Below are positions 38,890 to 49,588 of a stretch of 64,000 bases of DNA, in pieces (position 1 is the first letter of the stretch; each line of letters opens with the position of its first letter). Both the position numbers and the translations under genes were made by a program. The notes beneath the pieces were generated by a model. The model was not told the DNA's origin. It did no database searches and was given only the letters and a program-made list of their open reading frames with translations. This stretch comes from an uncultured Ignavibacteriales bacterium (GTDB taxonomy: Bacteria > Bacteroidota > Ignavibacteria > Ignavibacteriales > Ignavibacteriaceae). Where the stretch lies: positions 1 to 64,000 of the forward strand of contig CAVVVS010000077.1 in assembly GCA_963751355.1 (NCBI GenBank). The letters are read 5' to 3'.

Positions 38890-40887
38890 TTGAGAAGAAC
38901 CATGAAATCAATAAAAAAATTTTTAATACTCTCTCTAATTTTAACTACCGGCTCAATTTATTCCCAGACACAAAGACGAACTTTTCATTTAAAAGATTTG
39001 CGCAGCTTAGTTAGGCTTTCAAGCCCCCGCATCAGCCCGGATGGAAATCATATCGCTGTTATTGTTTCACGTCCCGATTGGAAAAAAGACAAAAGCACGC
39101 AGGAAATCGATCTCGTAAACACTAAAGACGCAACGAAGCGAAGCTTAACTTATAAGAGAGAAGGTATTTCCGAATTACGATGGTCACCCAATGGCAATAG
39201 ACTAGCATTCATTTCAAAAGATACCGATTCTAAAAAAACACAAATTTATGTGATGCCTTTGAACGGCGGAGATGCTGTGAAGATTACGGATTCGAAGACA
39301 GGTGTAAAAGAATATTCGTGGAGTCCGGACGGAAAGAAAATAGCTTTTGTTGCACAGGATACCGTGCCAAATCCTAAAGCCATAAAGCATCACGAAGATG
39401 CATTTAAAGTGACCGATAATAATTATATGGTTCGTGCTGCCGTGCAGCCCTGGCATTTGTGGATTGTATCTTCTGAAGGCGGTAAAGCTAAAAAGCTTAC
39501 GAAAGGTACTAACAGTATTTGTACGGATCAAGAAACAATTTCACCGTTAGCCTGGAATCCTAACGGCAGTGCAATTACATTTCAGCGCTTTCCCGATGTT
39601 TGGGAAGGCAACTCATGGCATTCTACAATAGTTGAAGTTGATACTAACAATGGAAAGGTTAAAACGGTGATTAGCGACGAAGGATCGGGAAGACCTGATT
39701 ACGCACCTGAAAGCACTATCCTTGCGTTTATGCGTCCGCGAAATGGAGATCAGAATAACGGCAATGCAGTGTATGTTAAAATGAACGGGAAGATAACAGA
39801 CATAACCGATAACCTTGCGCGCAATATAAATAGCTACACATGGCTGCCTGATGGTAAATCTATGTTGCTGACCGGTGAAAAAGGAACAAAGACTGTAATC
39901 TGGCATCAGATGGTTGACGGCCATTCTGTGCTGATTGACCTTGAAAATGTAAACCCCGGCAACGGGAGTATTAGTATTTCGAAAAGCGGTATAATTGCAT
40001 TTACCGGAACTACTCCAACTTATCCATCTGAATTGTATGTATTGTCCTCGCTAAACGGCAAACCAAAACGACTCACAAATTATAATGAGTTCGTGGATAG
40101 TCTCAAATTAAGTAAAACCGAAAGTATTTCATGGAATGGTCCTGATGGATTTTATGAAGACGGTGTGCTGAATTATCCTGTTGACTACAAGCAAGGAGAA
40201 AAATATCCGCTGGTTTTAGTTATTCACGGAGGACCGGAAGGAGCTTCTACTGTGCACTTTTCTCCACTTCCTCAATTGTTAGCTGCACAGGGTTTCTTTG
40301 TCTTCCAGCCTAATTACAGGGGCAGTATAAATCTCGGCGATAAATATCAACATGCAATCTTCAGAAATACCGGTGAAGGACCGGGAAAAGATGTTATGGC
40401 AGGTCTGAAAAAGATAGAAGATCTTGGAGTAATTGATACAAACAGAATTGGTATATCGGGATGGTCATATGGCGGTTATATGACTTCGTGGCTTAACGGA
40501 TATTACCCAAATAAGTGGAAAGCTGCGGTTGAAGGGGCAGCGCTTAATGATTGGGTTATGGATTATACTATTGCTTATTATCAAACTGATGATCTTTACT
40601 TCTTCGGCGGTTCACCCTGGGTAAAAAAGTACTGGAAAATATGGCGAGAGCAGTCACCGATTATTTTCGCTCAAAATGTTAAAGCGCCCACTTTAATTAT
40701 GGGTGATGCCGGTGATCCTAATGTTCCTATTGTTAACAGCTACGAGATGTATCATGCCCTGCGCGATAACGGAGTTCATACAGAATTTTATGTTTATCCT
40801 GCAGATACACATTTCCCGCATGATATTGTTAGGACGACGGATATTTTTAAGAGATGGATCAATTGGATGGTTAAATATTTGAAGTGA
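38890..40887 (+). CDS. S9-family serine peptidase (prolyl oligopeptidase/dipeptidyl-peptidase-like) with an N-terminal beta-propeller
   Basis: GWSYGGYM nucleophile elbow in a C-terminal alpha/beta hydrolase. TolB-like propeller repeats. Signal peptide. Confidence 0.8.
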   Translation: MRRTMKSIKKFLILSLILTTGSIYSQTQRRTFHLKDLRSLVRLSSPRISPDGNHIAVIVSRPDWKKDKSTQEIDLVNTKDATKRSLTYKREGISELRWSPNGNRLAFISKDTDSKKTQIYVMPLNGGDAVKITDSKTGVKEYSWSPDGKKIAFVAQDTVPNPKAIKHHEDAFKVTDNNYMVRAAVQPWHLWIVSSEGGKAKKLTKGTNSICTDQETISPLAWNPNGSAITFQRFPDVWEGNSWHSTIVEVDTNNGKVKTVISDEGSGRPDYAPESTILAFMRPRNGDQNNGNAVYVKMNGKITDITDNLARNINSYTWLPDGKSMLLTGEKGTKTVIWHQMVDGHSVLIDLENVNPGNGSISISKSGIIAFTGTTPTYPSELYVLSSLNGKPKRLTNYNEFVDSLKLSKTESISWNGPDGFYEDGVLNYPVDYKQGEKYPLVLVIHGGPEGASTVHFSPLPQLLAAQGFFVFQPNYRGSINLGDKYQHAIFRNTGEGPGKDVMAGLKKIEDLGVIDTNRIGISGWSYGGYMTSWLNGYYPNKWKAAVEGAALNDWVMDYTIAYYQTDDLYFFGGSPWVKKYWKIWREQSPIIFAQNVKAPTLIMGDAGDPNVPIVNSYEMYHALRDNGVHTEFYVYPADTHFPHDIVRTTDIFKRWINWMVKYLK

Positions 40888-40896
40888 AGCATGTTT

Positions 40897-43047
40897 TTAT
40901 TTGTGAGTATAAAGTATTCTTAAAATGTGAAGATCATCATAAGAAACTTCTTGGTTTAATTTTTCGTATATCGGACTAAGTTTCATTGTGCCTTCTTCAT
41001 CAAGCTCTTTGAATACTTTATCCCATTGCTCTTTCGGCAGTGAAATATTTTCATATAAACCGTCAAGTCTAATGCTAAATCCTTCATTCGCATATCTTGC
41101 GATGTGACCTATTATCGTACCCTTTGTTACTTTATACTCCTCGGCTAATTTAGTGATAGAATTTCCATTATTGAATGATTCACTTACAATTACATAACGG
41201 CGCTTTGTTCCGTCATTCTTTCTTGTACTACCTTTGTTGGAGCTTATTCTGTGAATACTTTTCGTTGTGCAATATTTCCTTATTATATCGATGAATTTCT
41301 CTCCGTAAGTTTGATATTTTGCATGTCCAACGCCGCTGATGTTTAAAAAGCTTAATTTATCAGTCGGGTATTTTGCAGCCATTTCAGTTAATGTTCTATC
41401 GGAAAAAACAATGTAAGCCGGAATACTTTTAGCATCGGCAATTTCTTTTCTCTTTGCGCGCAGAATATCGAATAATTCATGATCATAAGATAGATCCTGA
41501 TGTTTGGCTTTCACAGTCGAGGCTTTATGTTCTTCTACAATCCCGAAGACTTTTGTATTATGCAACAAAACATCTATTGCCTTCGGTTTAAGTTTTAAAC
41601 TGCCGAACTCAATATCACGGAACAAAAGTTCTTTGCTTACTAACTGCCTTGAAAGCATCTGCCATTGTTTTTTATTGAACTCTTTTCCAACGTCATAAAC
41701 CGAAAGATTTTGATGACCGTTTGAAAAAATTCTATCGGAATTACTTCCCAGTAGAATATCGATGATATAATTAGCACCGAATATTTCACCGGTTCTTTTA
41801 ACGGTGGATAAAAATTTTTGTGCAGGAATTGTAATATCAATTTTATCTTCATTTTCTGTTGTGCAGTTATCGCACATTCCACAGTTATCGGTGTGGAACT
41901 TTTCTCCGAAATAATTAATCAGCGGTATACGCCGGCATAATTCTGATTCAGCATATTTTACCATTGCATCCAGGTGTACAATAGCTGATGTTCTTTCAAC
42001 TTCATCTTCTTTCTGAGCGATGAAGTAATTTATTTTTGAGATATCAGAATAACTAAATAGAAGAAGGCAATCGGCTCTCAAACCATCTCTGCCTGCTCTT
42101 CCGATTTCCTGATAATATGATTCAATATTTTTAGGTAAATCGTGATGTAGTACAAAACGTACATTTGATTTATTTATTCCCATTCCGAACGCGATTGTTG
42201 CAACAATAATGTCAACCTTATCCTTAATGAATAAATCCTGGTTGTCGTTTCTTTCCTGGTCCGAAAGTCCGGCGTGATAAGGCCTGGTTGAGAATCCAAG
42301 GTTTGAAAGATCTTCACTTAAATCATCAACCTGTCTTCGTGAGAAACAATAAATTATGCCGGATTGATTTTTATGCTCATTTAAGAAACCAACTGTTTGT
42401 TGAAAGGAATTTTGTTTTGGAAGTATTTGAAGAAAAAGACTCTTACGGTCAAAGCTTGCTACAAATCTCTTCGGGGATTCCATATTCAAATTTTTTATTA
42501 TGTCATCCTGAACCCGGGGTGTTGCAGTTGCGGTAAGACCGATACAAGCAGCCGAGGGAAATTTCTGTCTCAGTTTGCCGAGCAGCCTGTAATCTTTCCT
42601 AAAATCGTGTCCCCATTCGGATATGCAGTGAGCTTCATCGATAGTGATGCAATCGATACGAACTTTTGAGAATAGTTCTACAATATCTTCCCTGGCAGTA
42701 GATTCCGGTGCAAGGTAGAGAAGCTTAGCATCACCTTTAATTACACTCTCCAAGTTGTGCTGGTATTCTTCCGGGGATAGAGAACTGTTTAACAATGCCG
42801 CGCTCGCTCCATTTTGTTGAAGCTGCTCAACCTGATCTTTCATTAATGAAATTAAAGGAGAAATCACTAGCGTTAATCCATCAAAAATAAGAGCCGGAAT
42901 TTGATAACATAATGATTTACCTCCGCCTGTCGGCATCACAACCAGGGAATCCTTTTTGTTTAATACATTTTCAATTATTTCCTTTTGTAAAGGCCGAAAT
43001 GAATCATATCCGAAGACGCTTTTTAAAATTGTTTGAGCTTTGTTCAT
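40897..43047 (-). CDS. recQ: ATP-dependent DNA helicase RecQ
   Basis: DEAH box (TIDEAHCISEWGHDFR), RecQ zinc-binding and HRDC regions. 716 aa with a C-terminal extension. Confidence 0.85.
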   Translation of the reverse strand: MNKAQTILKSVFGYDSFRPLQKEIIENVLNKKDSLVVMPTGGGKSLCYQIPALIFDGLTLVISPLISLMKDQVEQLQQNGASAALLNSSLSPEEYQHNLESVIKGDAKLLYLAPESTAREDIVELFSKVRIDCITIDEAHCISEWGHDFRKDYRLLGKLRQKFPSAACIGLTATATPRVQDDIIKNLNMESPKRFVASFDRKSLFLQILPKQNSFQQTVGFLNEHKNQSGIIYCFSRRQVDDLSEDLSNLGFSTRPYHAGLSDQERNDNQDLFIKDKVDIIVATIAFGMGINKSNVRFVLHHDLPKNIESYYQEIGRAGRDGLRADCLLLFSYSDISKINYFIAQKEDEVERTSAIVHLDAMVKYAESELCRRIPLINYFGEKFHTDNCGMCDNCTTENEDKIDITIPAQKFLSTVKRTGEIFGANYIIDILLGSNSDRIFSNGHQNLSVYDVGKEFNKKQWQMLSRQLVSKELLFRDIEFGSLKLKPKAIDVLLHNTKVFGIVEEHKASTVKAKHQDLSYDHELFDILRAKRKEIADAKSIPAYIVFSDRTLTEMAAKYPTDKLSFLNISGVGHAKYQTYGEKFIDIIRKYCTTKSIHRISSNKGSTRKNDGTKRRYVIVSESFNNGNSITKLAEEYKVTKGTIIGHIARYANEGFSIRLDGLYENISLPKEQWDKVFKELDEEGTMKLSPIYEKLNQEVSYDDLHILRILYTHK

Positions 43048-43163
43048 GTTTAAGATGATTTTATCATATGGAATTTTTACTAATTTAAAATAAATATTTT
43101 ATTTGTAAAATATTTTTATAAAATCTTTGACAGCTAAAACTACATGGTTAAAACTAAGGAGAC

Positions 43164-43187
43164 GTCTGCGAGGACGCAGACTTGCGC
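43164..43187. repeat. Hairpin repeat element copy B (GTCTGCGAGGACGCAGACTTGCGC)
   Basis: Matches 28137-28160. Lies between a convergent/tandem gene pair, 117 nt upstream of the recQ start. Confidence 0.5.
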
Positions 43188-43485
43188 TGCTTTATTTTAT
43201 GATTAAAGAGGAAAATAAGGGATATTTGAATTGACTCAGTCTTTCACAATTTATTATATCTTTTATTCGTAACATTTTTATATAAAGATCGATGCTCACC
43301 CGGGCGTCCTCGTCGGAAGTTTGTGTATTATATATTCTAAAAACTTCAGGTTTTCATCCCATTGAAGGATTTGTTTTGATATTATTTGCCTTATGTTGGC
43401 AGGATTATTCAATAATATTCAACCGTAACATTATTCTTCAAATATTAATAAACCAATATTGTAACAATCCTAAATCTAGTAAGAT

Positions 43486-44496
43486 TTATTTCTTACTTAA
43501 TATCAGCACACCAAAAATTTTGAAATTATTACCTTTTGAATTAGTTTTATTTATCATTGTGCTTGTGTAAATATCATGGGTGTTTTCATTCAGCGTCATT
43601 GTCCTTGCACCCTGCATAGTTTCAACTTTATAAGCAACTCTAAAATTTTGCGGTGATTCCTCGCTGATGACCGTTAAGGTACCGTCCCAGCATGAGGCGA
43701 ATGCTAAATTATCGGACGGATCAAAACAGCAGCCGTCAACACCTTTACCGATAGGGAGGTGAGTAATTACCTTTCCCGTATTTGCATCAACGATTACCAT
43801 CATGTTATTTCTGCAGCCTGAGAAAAGTATATTGTTCTTGCGATCTATTGCCAGACCGGAAGGGTTTGTTCCGGGAGTTACAGACCATTTTGCAATTTCT
43901 TTAAGAGTTACCGGATTGAATTCTTCTATTGCATTTTTGTCTTCCAGGTTAACAAACATTTTTCCTTTTTCATTAGATACCGCAAATTCGGGACGTCCAT
44001 CAAGAGAAATGGTTCCTGCAACTTTGCCTGTTTTTGCTTCAATAGCAGTGGCATTGCCGCTTCCCCCGTTAAATGTGAAAATCCTTTTTGAGAAAGGATC
44101 ATAAACTATAGCATCGGGTCCTTTACCGGTAACCGGAACATCCTTAATTTTCTTTAGCGTTTTAAGATTAAAAATGGTAACAGTATTATTTCCCCCATTG
44201 CTAATAAATCCTTTTTCGAATTCATCAACAGTTGCAACTCCATGAGAATGATTGAGTCCCTTTATTTCACCAATTAAAATATTGGTTGAAAGATTGACTA
44301 CATTGACCATATTACTGTGAGATATAAATAATTTATTATTCAAAGTATCCACCGATAAATAATCCCATCTATGTCCTCCACCTATATCTATTTTCCCTTT
44401 AACATGATATTTGGATGATTGCGGAAATAAGATAATGGGCAAAAAGAGTATCACAATTAGAGAAATGAAAATAAGATATCTGGTGGTATGCTTCAT
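43486..44496 (-). CDS. YVTN-family (YncE-like) beta-propeller repeat protein, secreted
   Basis: Signal peptide and about 40-residue repeats characteristic of YVTN propellers. Confidence 0.6.
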   Translation of the reverse strand: MKHTTRYLIFISLIVILFLPIILFPQSSKYHVKGKIDIGGGHRWDYLSVDTLNNKLFISHSNMVNVVNLSTNILIGEIKGLNHSHGVATVDEFEKGFISNGGNNTVTIFNLKTLKKIKDVPVTGKGPDAIVYDPFSKRIFTFNGGSGNATAIEAKTGKVAGTISLDGRPEFAVSNEKGKMFVNLEDKNAIEEFNPVTLKEIAKWSVTPGTNPSGLAIDRKNNILFSGCRNNMMVIVDANTGKVITHLPIGKGVDGCCFDPSDNLAFASCWDGTLTVISEESPQNFRVAYKVETMQGARTMTLNENTHDIYTSTMINKTNSKGNNFKIFGVLILSKK

Positions 44497-44725
44497 AGTA
44501 ATTCTCCGGTTTAGGATGAATAATTTAGTACTGGTCTTTTAGAACGAAATGACTTTTACACCTACTTCTTAAAGGATAATAATTTTTTATCTTTCACTTA
44601 GTGATTTCCAATACTTCAAATCGATTGAAAGTCCAATCTGTCTTGTTTAACTTTATCATTCACTAAAAAATTGTTCCCCCTAATTATAATAATTAAATTG
44701 ATTATAAATTTAGAAATGAAATCAT

Positions 44726-45280
44726 ATGAAAATATCAAATATTAAACATCCCTGGCATTCAGTTGATGTAGGAGAAAATGCACCTAAATTCGTAAAAGGA
44801 ATAATTGAGATTCCGAAAGGTTCTAAAGCAAAATACGAACTGGATAAGGATAGTGGCTTGTTGAGGTTGGACAGAGTTCTCTTTTCGGCAGTCCATTATC
44901 CTGCAAATTATGGGTTTATTCCTCAAACATTAGCCGATGATAATGATCCTCTGGATATTCTTGTGATTTGTTCAATTGATGTTGATCCTCTATGTATAAT
45001 TGAATCAAAGGTAATCGGTGTAATGCACATGATTGATAATAATCAAAGGGACGAAAAAATAATTGCAGTTGCCAAAGATGATATGGCGGTCAATTATATC
45101 AATTCTCTTTCCGAGCTCCCGCCGCACACCATGGTGGAGCTGAAAAGATTTTTCCAGGATTACAAAAAATTAGAACACAAACATGTGGAAGTAAATGAAT
45201 TCCTGGAAAAAGAAAATGCTTATAAAATAATTGAAGAAAGTCTTAAGAGATACAATCAAAAATACATGGATAGTGTATAA
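44726..45280 (+). CDS. ppa: Inorganic pyrophosphatase (family I)
   Basis: HPWHSV...IEIPKGSKAKYELDKDSG...DPLDILV signature. Confidence 0.85.
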   Translation: MKISNIKHPWHSVDVGENAPKFVKGIIEIPKGSKAKYELDKDSGLLRLDRVLFSAVHYPANYGFIPQTLADDNDPLDILVICSIDVDPLCIIESKVIGVMHMIDNNQRDEKIIAVAKDDMAVNYINSLSELPPHTMVELKRFFQDYKKLEHKHVEVNEFLEKENAYKIIEESLKRYNQKYMDSV

Positions 45281-45565
45281 GGTTATAAAGGTATATGGGA
45301 TCATATTACATAAGATATTTAAAGTCTTTCTAAGTTGATAATATCATTGTCCAACTTCTAAAATCTGTAATCGTTGGTCTTCAATCTTAAATCCGCGTAA
45401 TCTCGCTAAACTTTTGATTACAGATTTCGAATTAACGAATTAAGATTTTCGATTTGTTAACACGCATACCTTTACCTTTATAACATTATATATATGTTTT
45501 TTTGCATTATCATTCAATTACCATGGATCTAAAATTTGTTGAATAAATTTCATACTCTCCATACC

Positions 45566-46978
45566 TTAATAATCAAGCTCTTTTCCATTACTTTCTGCCC
45601 TGGTGAGAATTTCCGGCGACTCATTGAAGGTTAATAATTTTACTTTTTCAGGTTGATTCTGAAGGGTTTTTACAATTATGTAGCTGGCAATCGACCAGGT
45701 CTGTCTGCTTCTAGCTTCTTTACCAACCAGTCTACTATGAATACCGTCATAATATTCGGGGTAATTATCCCTAGATAATCTTGCTTCCGCCAGTTGAATT
45801 ATTTTAGATAAATGATCGGTATTGTTCATTTTGATGGAAGCAGCCGACAGATACCACATCAAAAACGGCCAGCTTCCGCCGTTGTGATATGACCACGGTA
45901 CATTCTTGGGATCGTGTCCCGTAATAAGTTCCCAATCTCTATTCATCAATGCAGGATAACATAATTTTAACGGCATTTCACCGATTAATTCTTTTTCCCG
46001 GTTTAAAATTAATTTTAAAATAGCATTTGATTGTTTTTTATCTGCGAGTGAGTTAATTATCATTAATAAATTTCCTGCGGTGAAAAATCTGAAATCCATT
46101 CGCGAAGGACCGACATTACCCACAAAATAACCGTCGTCATCAGCTAGCCAGTTAAAAATCCAAAGGGGGATTGACTCGGGGAAAATATTAAATTGATTCA
46201 ATGCGTTCTCTTTGTACTGTTCTATCTTAAATCTGTAAATTTCATTCAGCTTATTAAAATCCAGCCAAAAGTATTTTCTTATATGATAGACCAAATGACC
46301 GAGCCTTCTATCTATATTTTCGAAATAAACATTATTATCATCGTTTTCAGCCAGTAATTCTTTAGCGCAAAGCAATGCCGTATAAAATAGAGCCTGGATT
46401 TCAAGCGGATAACCATAAACTCCCATTCGCCTGTCAATCATAAACGATCCGTCCGGCACGAGCAGGGTGGGAAACATATCAAATCTATTAGTTAAAGAAA
46501 GTTGAAGTATTGATTTTATTGCCTGCTGACATTTATCACTATGAGCATAATCCCAATCATTTGTTTTCTTAACATATACCCTTAAAATGTAAAGCCACCA
46601 GAAAACAGAATCGACCGGAGCAACTCTGGCAATTGCTTTTTCACCGTAATCCGGAACCAGCTTTTTCCCTTTGGGACCGGAACTTACTTTGAAACTCGCG
46701 GGCATCAATCCTTTTGCGGGTAAAAAACAATCCATTTCACTTACTGTGCTTTGCAGTGTTAATGTAACATCAAGAAAATTTTTAACGATATCATGATTCC
46801 CATTGAGCAAAAATGCAAAGGCTGAAACAGCAAAATCCCTCATAAATATTTGGTCATAATTTAAAGCTTTAGTCGATTTGTCAACTGCTGCCAAAGTACC
46901 AATCGGTTTACCCTGGTACTCTACAATTGAATTTTCCAATAATTGCTGAGCTTCTTTCAGTAATTTGGTGTTCTCCAT
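45566..46978 (-). CDS. GH100 alkaline/neutral invertase-like glycoside hydrolase
   Basis: IGTLAAVDKSTKALNYDQIFMRDFAVSAFAFLLNG matches the conserved GH100 N-terminal block. Confidence 0.65.
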   Translation of the reverse strand: MENTKLLKEAQQLLENSIVEYQGKPIGTLAAVDKSTKALNYDQIFMRDFAVSAFAFLLNGNHDIVKNFLDVTLTLQSTVSEMDCFLPAKGLMPASFKVSSGPKGKKLVPDYGEKAIARVAPVDSVFWWLYILRVYVKKTNDWDYAHSDKCQQAIKSILQLSLTNRFDMFPTLLVPDGSFMIDRRMGVYGYPLEIQALFYTALLCAKELLAENDDNNVYFENIDRRLGHLVYHIRKYFWLDFNKLNEIYRFKIEQYKENALNQFNIFPESIPLWIFNWLADDDGYFVGNVGPSRMDFRFFTAGNLLMIINSLADKKQSNAILKLILNREKELIGEMPLKLCYPALMNRDWELITGHDPKNVPWSYHNGGSWPFLMWYLSAASIKMNNTDHLSKIIQLAEARLSRDNYPEYYDGIHSRLVGKEARSRQTWSIASYIIVKTLQNQPEKVKLLTFNESPEILTRAESNGKELDY

Positions 46979-47088
46979 AGAATGTCTCTTCCATTTTATT
47001 TATTAAATTTATTATCCTTCCGCCGAACAAAAGAAATGAATTGATATTTGAATAAGTTTACATCAACGCCGAATTGATATTTGGTCGT

Positions 47089-47946
47089 TTAACCTCCGGT
47101 TGCAAAACCGGGATATAATGTCATCCCGCCGTCTACAAAAATACTGGTTCCGTTTATATAATCTGCTTGATCCGATGCGAGCCATGCGGCGGCTCTTCCA
47201 ATATCATCAACTTCACCGATTCTGCGATACGGGATTAATTCCATTAATTTATCGTATGCTTCTTGTGTACTCCAAACACTCGTGTTGATAGGGGTTCTAA
47301 TTGCACCCGGACAAATGCTGTTTACTCTAATTCTGTAAGGAGCTACTTCCTGGGCAATACTTTTCATCAGCATCATAACTCCGCCTTTCGATGCTGCATA
47401 GTTTGCATGTCCTGCCCAGGGGATAACTTCATGTACAGAACTAATGTGGATAATTTTTCCTGCCGCACAAGAGATCTCTTTTTTAACTCCTCTTCTTTTA
47501 AATTCTTTTACGGCTTCACGAGCACATAAAAATTGTCCGGTCAGATTAACACTAATAACTTTGTTCCATTTTTCTAATGTCATTTGCTCAAATGGGGAAT
47601 CTCTCTGCAAACCGGCATTATTTATTAAAATGTCAATTGTCCCGAACTCTTTAATGGTTTTTTCGAACATTTTAATAACTTCATCTTCGCTGCTAACGTC
47701 TGCTTTGTAAGCAAACGAATTAACTCCCTCTTTTTTTAATTCTTCAACAAGTCCATTAGCGGAGTCGGGATTAACAACATAATTAACAACTACATCCGCT
47801 CCCGCTTTTGCCAGTTCAATTGCTATTCCTTTTCCAATCCCGGAGTTTGCCCCTGTAACCAATGCTTTCTGACCGGGTAGAATTTTGGGGGTTCTACTAT
47901 CCGGAGATTCGACTTCGGGTAAATTATTATCCTTTTCACCTGACAT
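47089..47946 (-). CDS. SDR family oxidoreductase
   Basis: TGANSGIGKG cofactor motif and YAASK catalytic motif. Confidence 0.8.
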   Translation of the reverse strand: MSGEKDNNLPEVESPDSRTPKILPGQKALVTGANSGIGKGIAIELAKAGADVVVNYVVNPDSANGLVEELKKEGVNSFAYKADVSSEDEVIKMFEKTIKEFGTIDILINNAGLQRDSPFEQMTLEKWNKVISVNLTGQFLCAREAVKEFKRRGVKKEISCAAGKIIHISSVHEVIPWAGHANYAASKGGVMMLMKSIAQEVAPYRIRVNSICPGAIRTPINTSVWSTQEAYDKLMELIPYRRIGEVDDIGRAAAWLASDQADYINGTSIFVDGGMTLYPGFATGG

Positions 47947-48159
47947 AATAACCTCACAATATCTTTATACTTAGACCAAAATGATTTAATTTATTCAAAT
48001 TAAAAAAATATACTACTTTTGATGTAAACTACTTTACTAAACGAATTAAATGTTAAAGGAATCACAATATATAATTACCACTTTTCAAAAATGACTTATT
48101 GACAGAAAATTTGTATTCTTAAATTCCATTTTTTAATTGTAAAATTCAGCGGATGCAAA

Positions 48160-49377
48160 ATGAAAAAATTATTTATTATTTTAATTTTACTGATTTTTGT
48201 TGCCGGGTGTACCAACAGAAACGTTCCGGTTAATGAAGTAGAAAACTACATATCACAAGCAAAACAAAAATTTGCTCCCGATAAAAGAACTGCATTGTTC
48301 GACATAACAGCTTTATTAGATAACGGTAAAATGAACTTATCGGGCGAAACAAATTTACCAAAAGCAAAAGCCTGGCTATTGAAAAATTTAAAAGAAAAAA
48401 ACATCGAAGTTATTGATAATATTGAAATACTGCCTTCAAAGGATCTTGGTGATTCAACCTATGCTTTTATTCATAACTCCGTGGCAAATTTGAGGACTAT
48501 TCCACATGATTACGGTGAGATGGCAACGCAAGCTTTAATGGGAACACCGCTTCGTGTTCTGGAGCGAAATAAAAAAGGCGATTGGTACCGGGTTCAAACA
48601 CCGGATAATTATATCGCCTGGATAGAACATTCTTACATTACAAGAATTACCAAAGATAATTTGAACGAATGGAAAAAAAGTAATAAAGTTATTTACAATA
48701 ATGTATACGGTTTTGCTTACTCCAAACCGGATAAAAAATCGGATATATTTTCTGATTTAGTGGAAGGCGATATTTTTCATGTGTTATCAAAGGAAGGCAG
48801 ATTTTATAAGGCTAAATATCCCGACGGAAGAATTGCTTATGTTCCAACAGATGAATGCAGAAATTATGGCGATTGGTTAAACGATACTACAATTACTTTT
48901 AAGAGATTATTTTCCACGGCTAAAATGTTTACAGGAATTCCTTATTTGTGGGGAGGTACATCACCAAAAGCATTTGACTGCAGCGGATTTACAAAAACCG
49001 TTTATTTCCTCCACGGTATTCTTTTGGCAAGAGATGCTTCACAGCAGGTGAATACAGGTGAACCGGTAAATGCACAAAACGGATTTGATAATATGAAACC
49101 CGGGGATCTGTTGTTCTTCGGACGAAAAGCTACCGGCAGCACAAAAGAGCACATTACTCATGTCGGGATGTATATCGGTAATGAAGAATTTATCAATTCT
49201 GCGGCGCATTATGCCGGAAGAGTTTTAATAACCAGCCTTGATAAATCCAGTCCGTTGTTTAATCAATACAGGTACGATACATTCATTCGGGCAAAGAGAA
49301 TTTTAACATCGGTTGGAAAGAATGGAATTGAGCGAATCCGAGATGATTCGCTTTATAATAGAATTCCATTGAGGTAA
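48160..49377 (+). CDS. NlpC/P60 (C40) peptidoglycan peptidase lipoprotein with SH3-like domains
   Basis: Lipobox VAGCTN. Catalytic Cys in DCSGFTKTVY and His in HVGMYIG. Confidence 0.75.
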   Translation: MKKLFIILILLIFVAGCTNRNVPVNEVENYISQAKQKFAPDKRTALFDITALLDNGKMNLSGETNLPKAKAWLLKNLKEKNIEVIDNIEILPSKDLGDSTYAFIHNSVANLRTIPHDYGEMATQALMGTPLRVLERNKKGDWYRVQTPDNYIAWIEHSYITRITKDNLNEWKKSNKVIYNNVYGFAYSKPDKKSDIFSDLVEGDIFHVLSKEGRFYKAKYPDGRIAYVPTDECRNYGDWLNDTTITFKRLFSTAKMFTGIPYLWGGTSPKAFDCSGFTKTVYFLHGILLARDASQQVNTGEPVNAQNGFDNMKPGDLLFFGRKATGSTKEHITHVGMYIGNEEFINSAAHYAGRVLITSLDKSSPLFNQYRYDTFIRAKRILTSVGKNGIERIRDDSLYNRIPLR

Positions 49378-49570
49378 ACTATCTGTCATCTGAAAACTTT
49401 TAGTTAAACAAAATAATAAATTCCATGGAAGTTACGAACCATTTCGTGACTCGTTGAGGACTTGGTATAAGATAGAACCGGATGTCATGGAGTGGTCCTT
49501 GACATACTTGAATTCATATATTAAAAAACTAAATATATGGGCGTTGCAAATCTGAAGTCCCTATCATTAA

Positions 49571-49587
49571 GACGCATGCGATGCGTC
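49571..49587. terminator. Perfect hairpin GACGCAT-GCG-ATGCGTC between convergent genes
   Basis: Followed on the plus strand by TCTACGTTTTATT. It directly abuts the stop of 49589..50917. Confidence 0.4.
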
Positions 49588-49588
49588 T

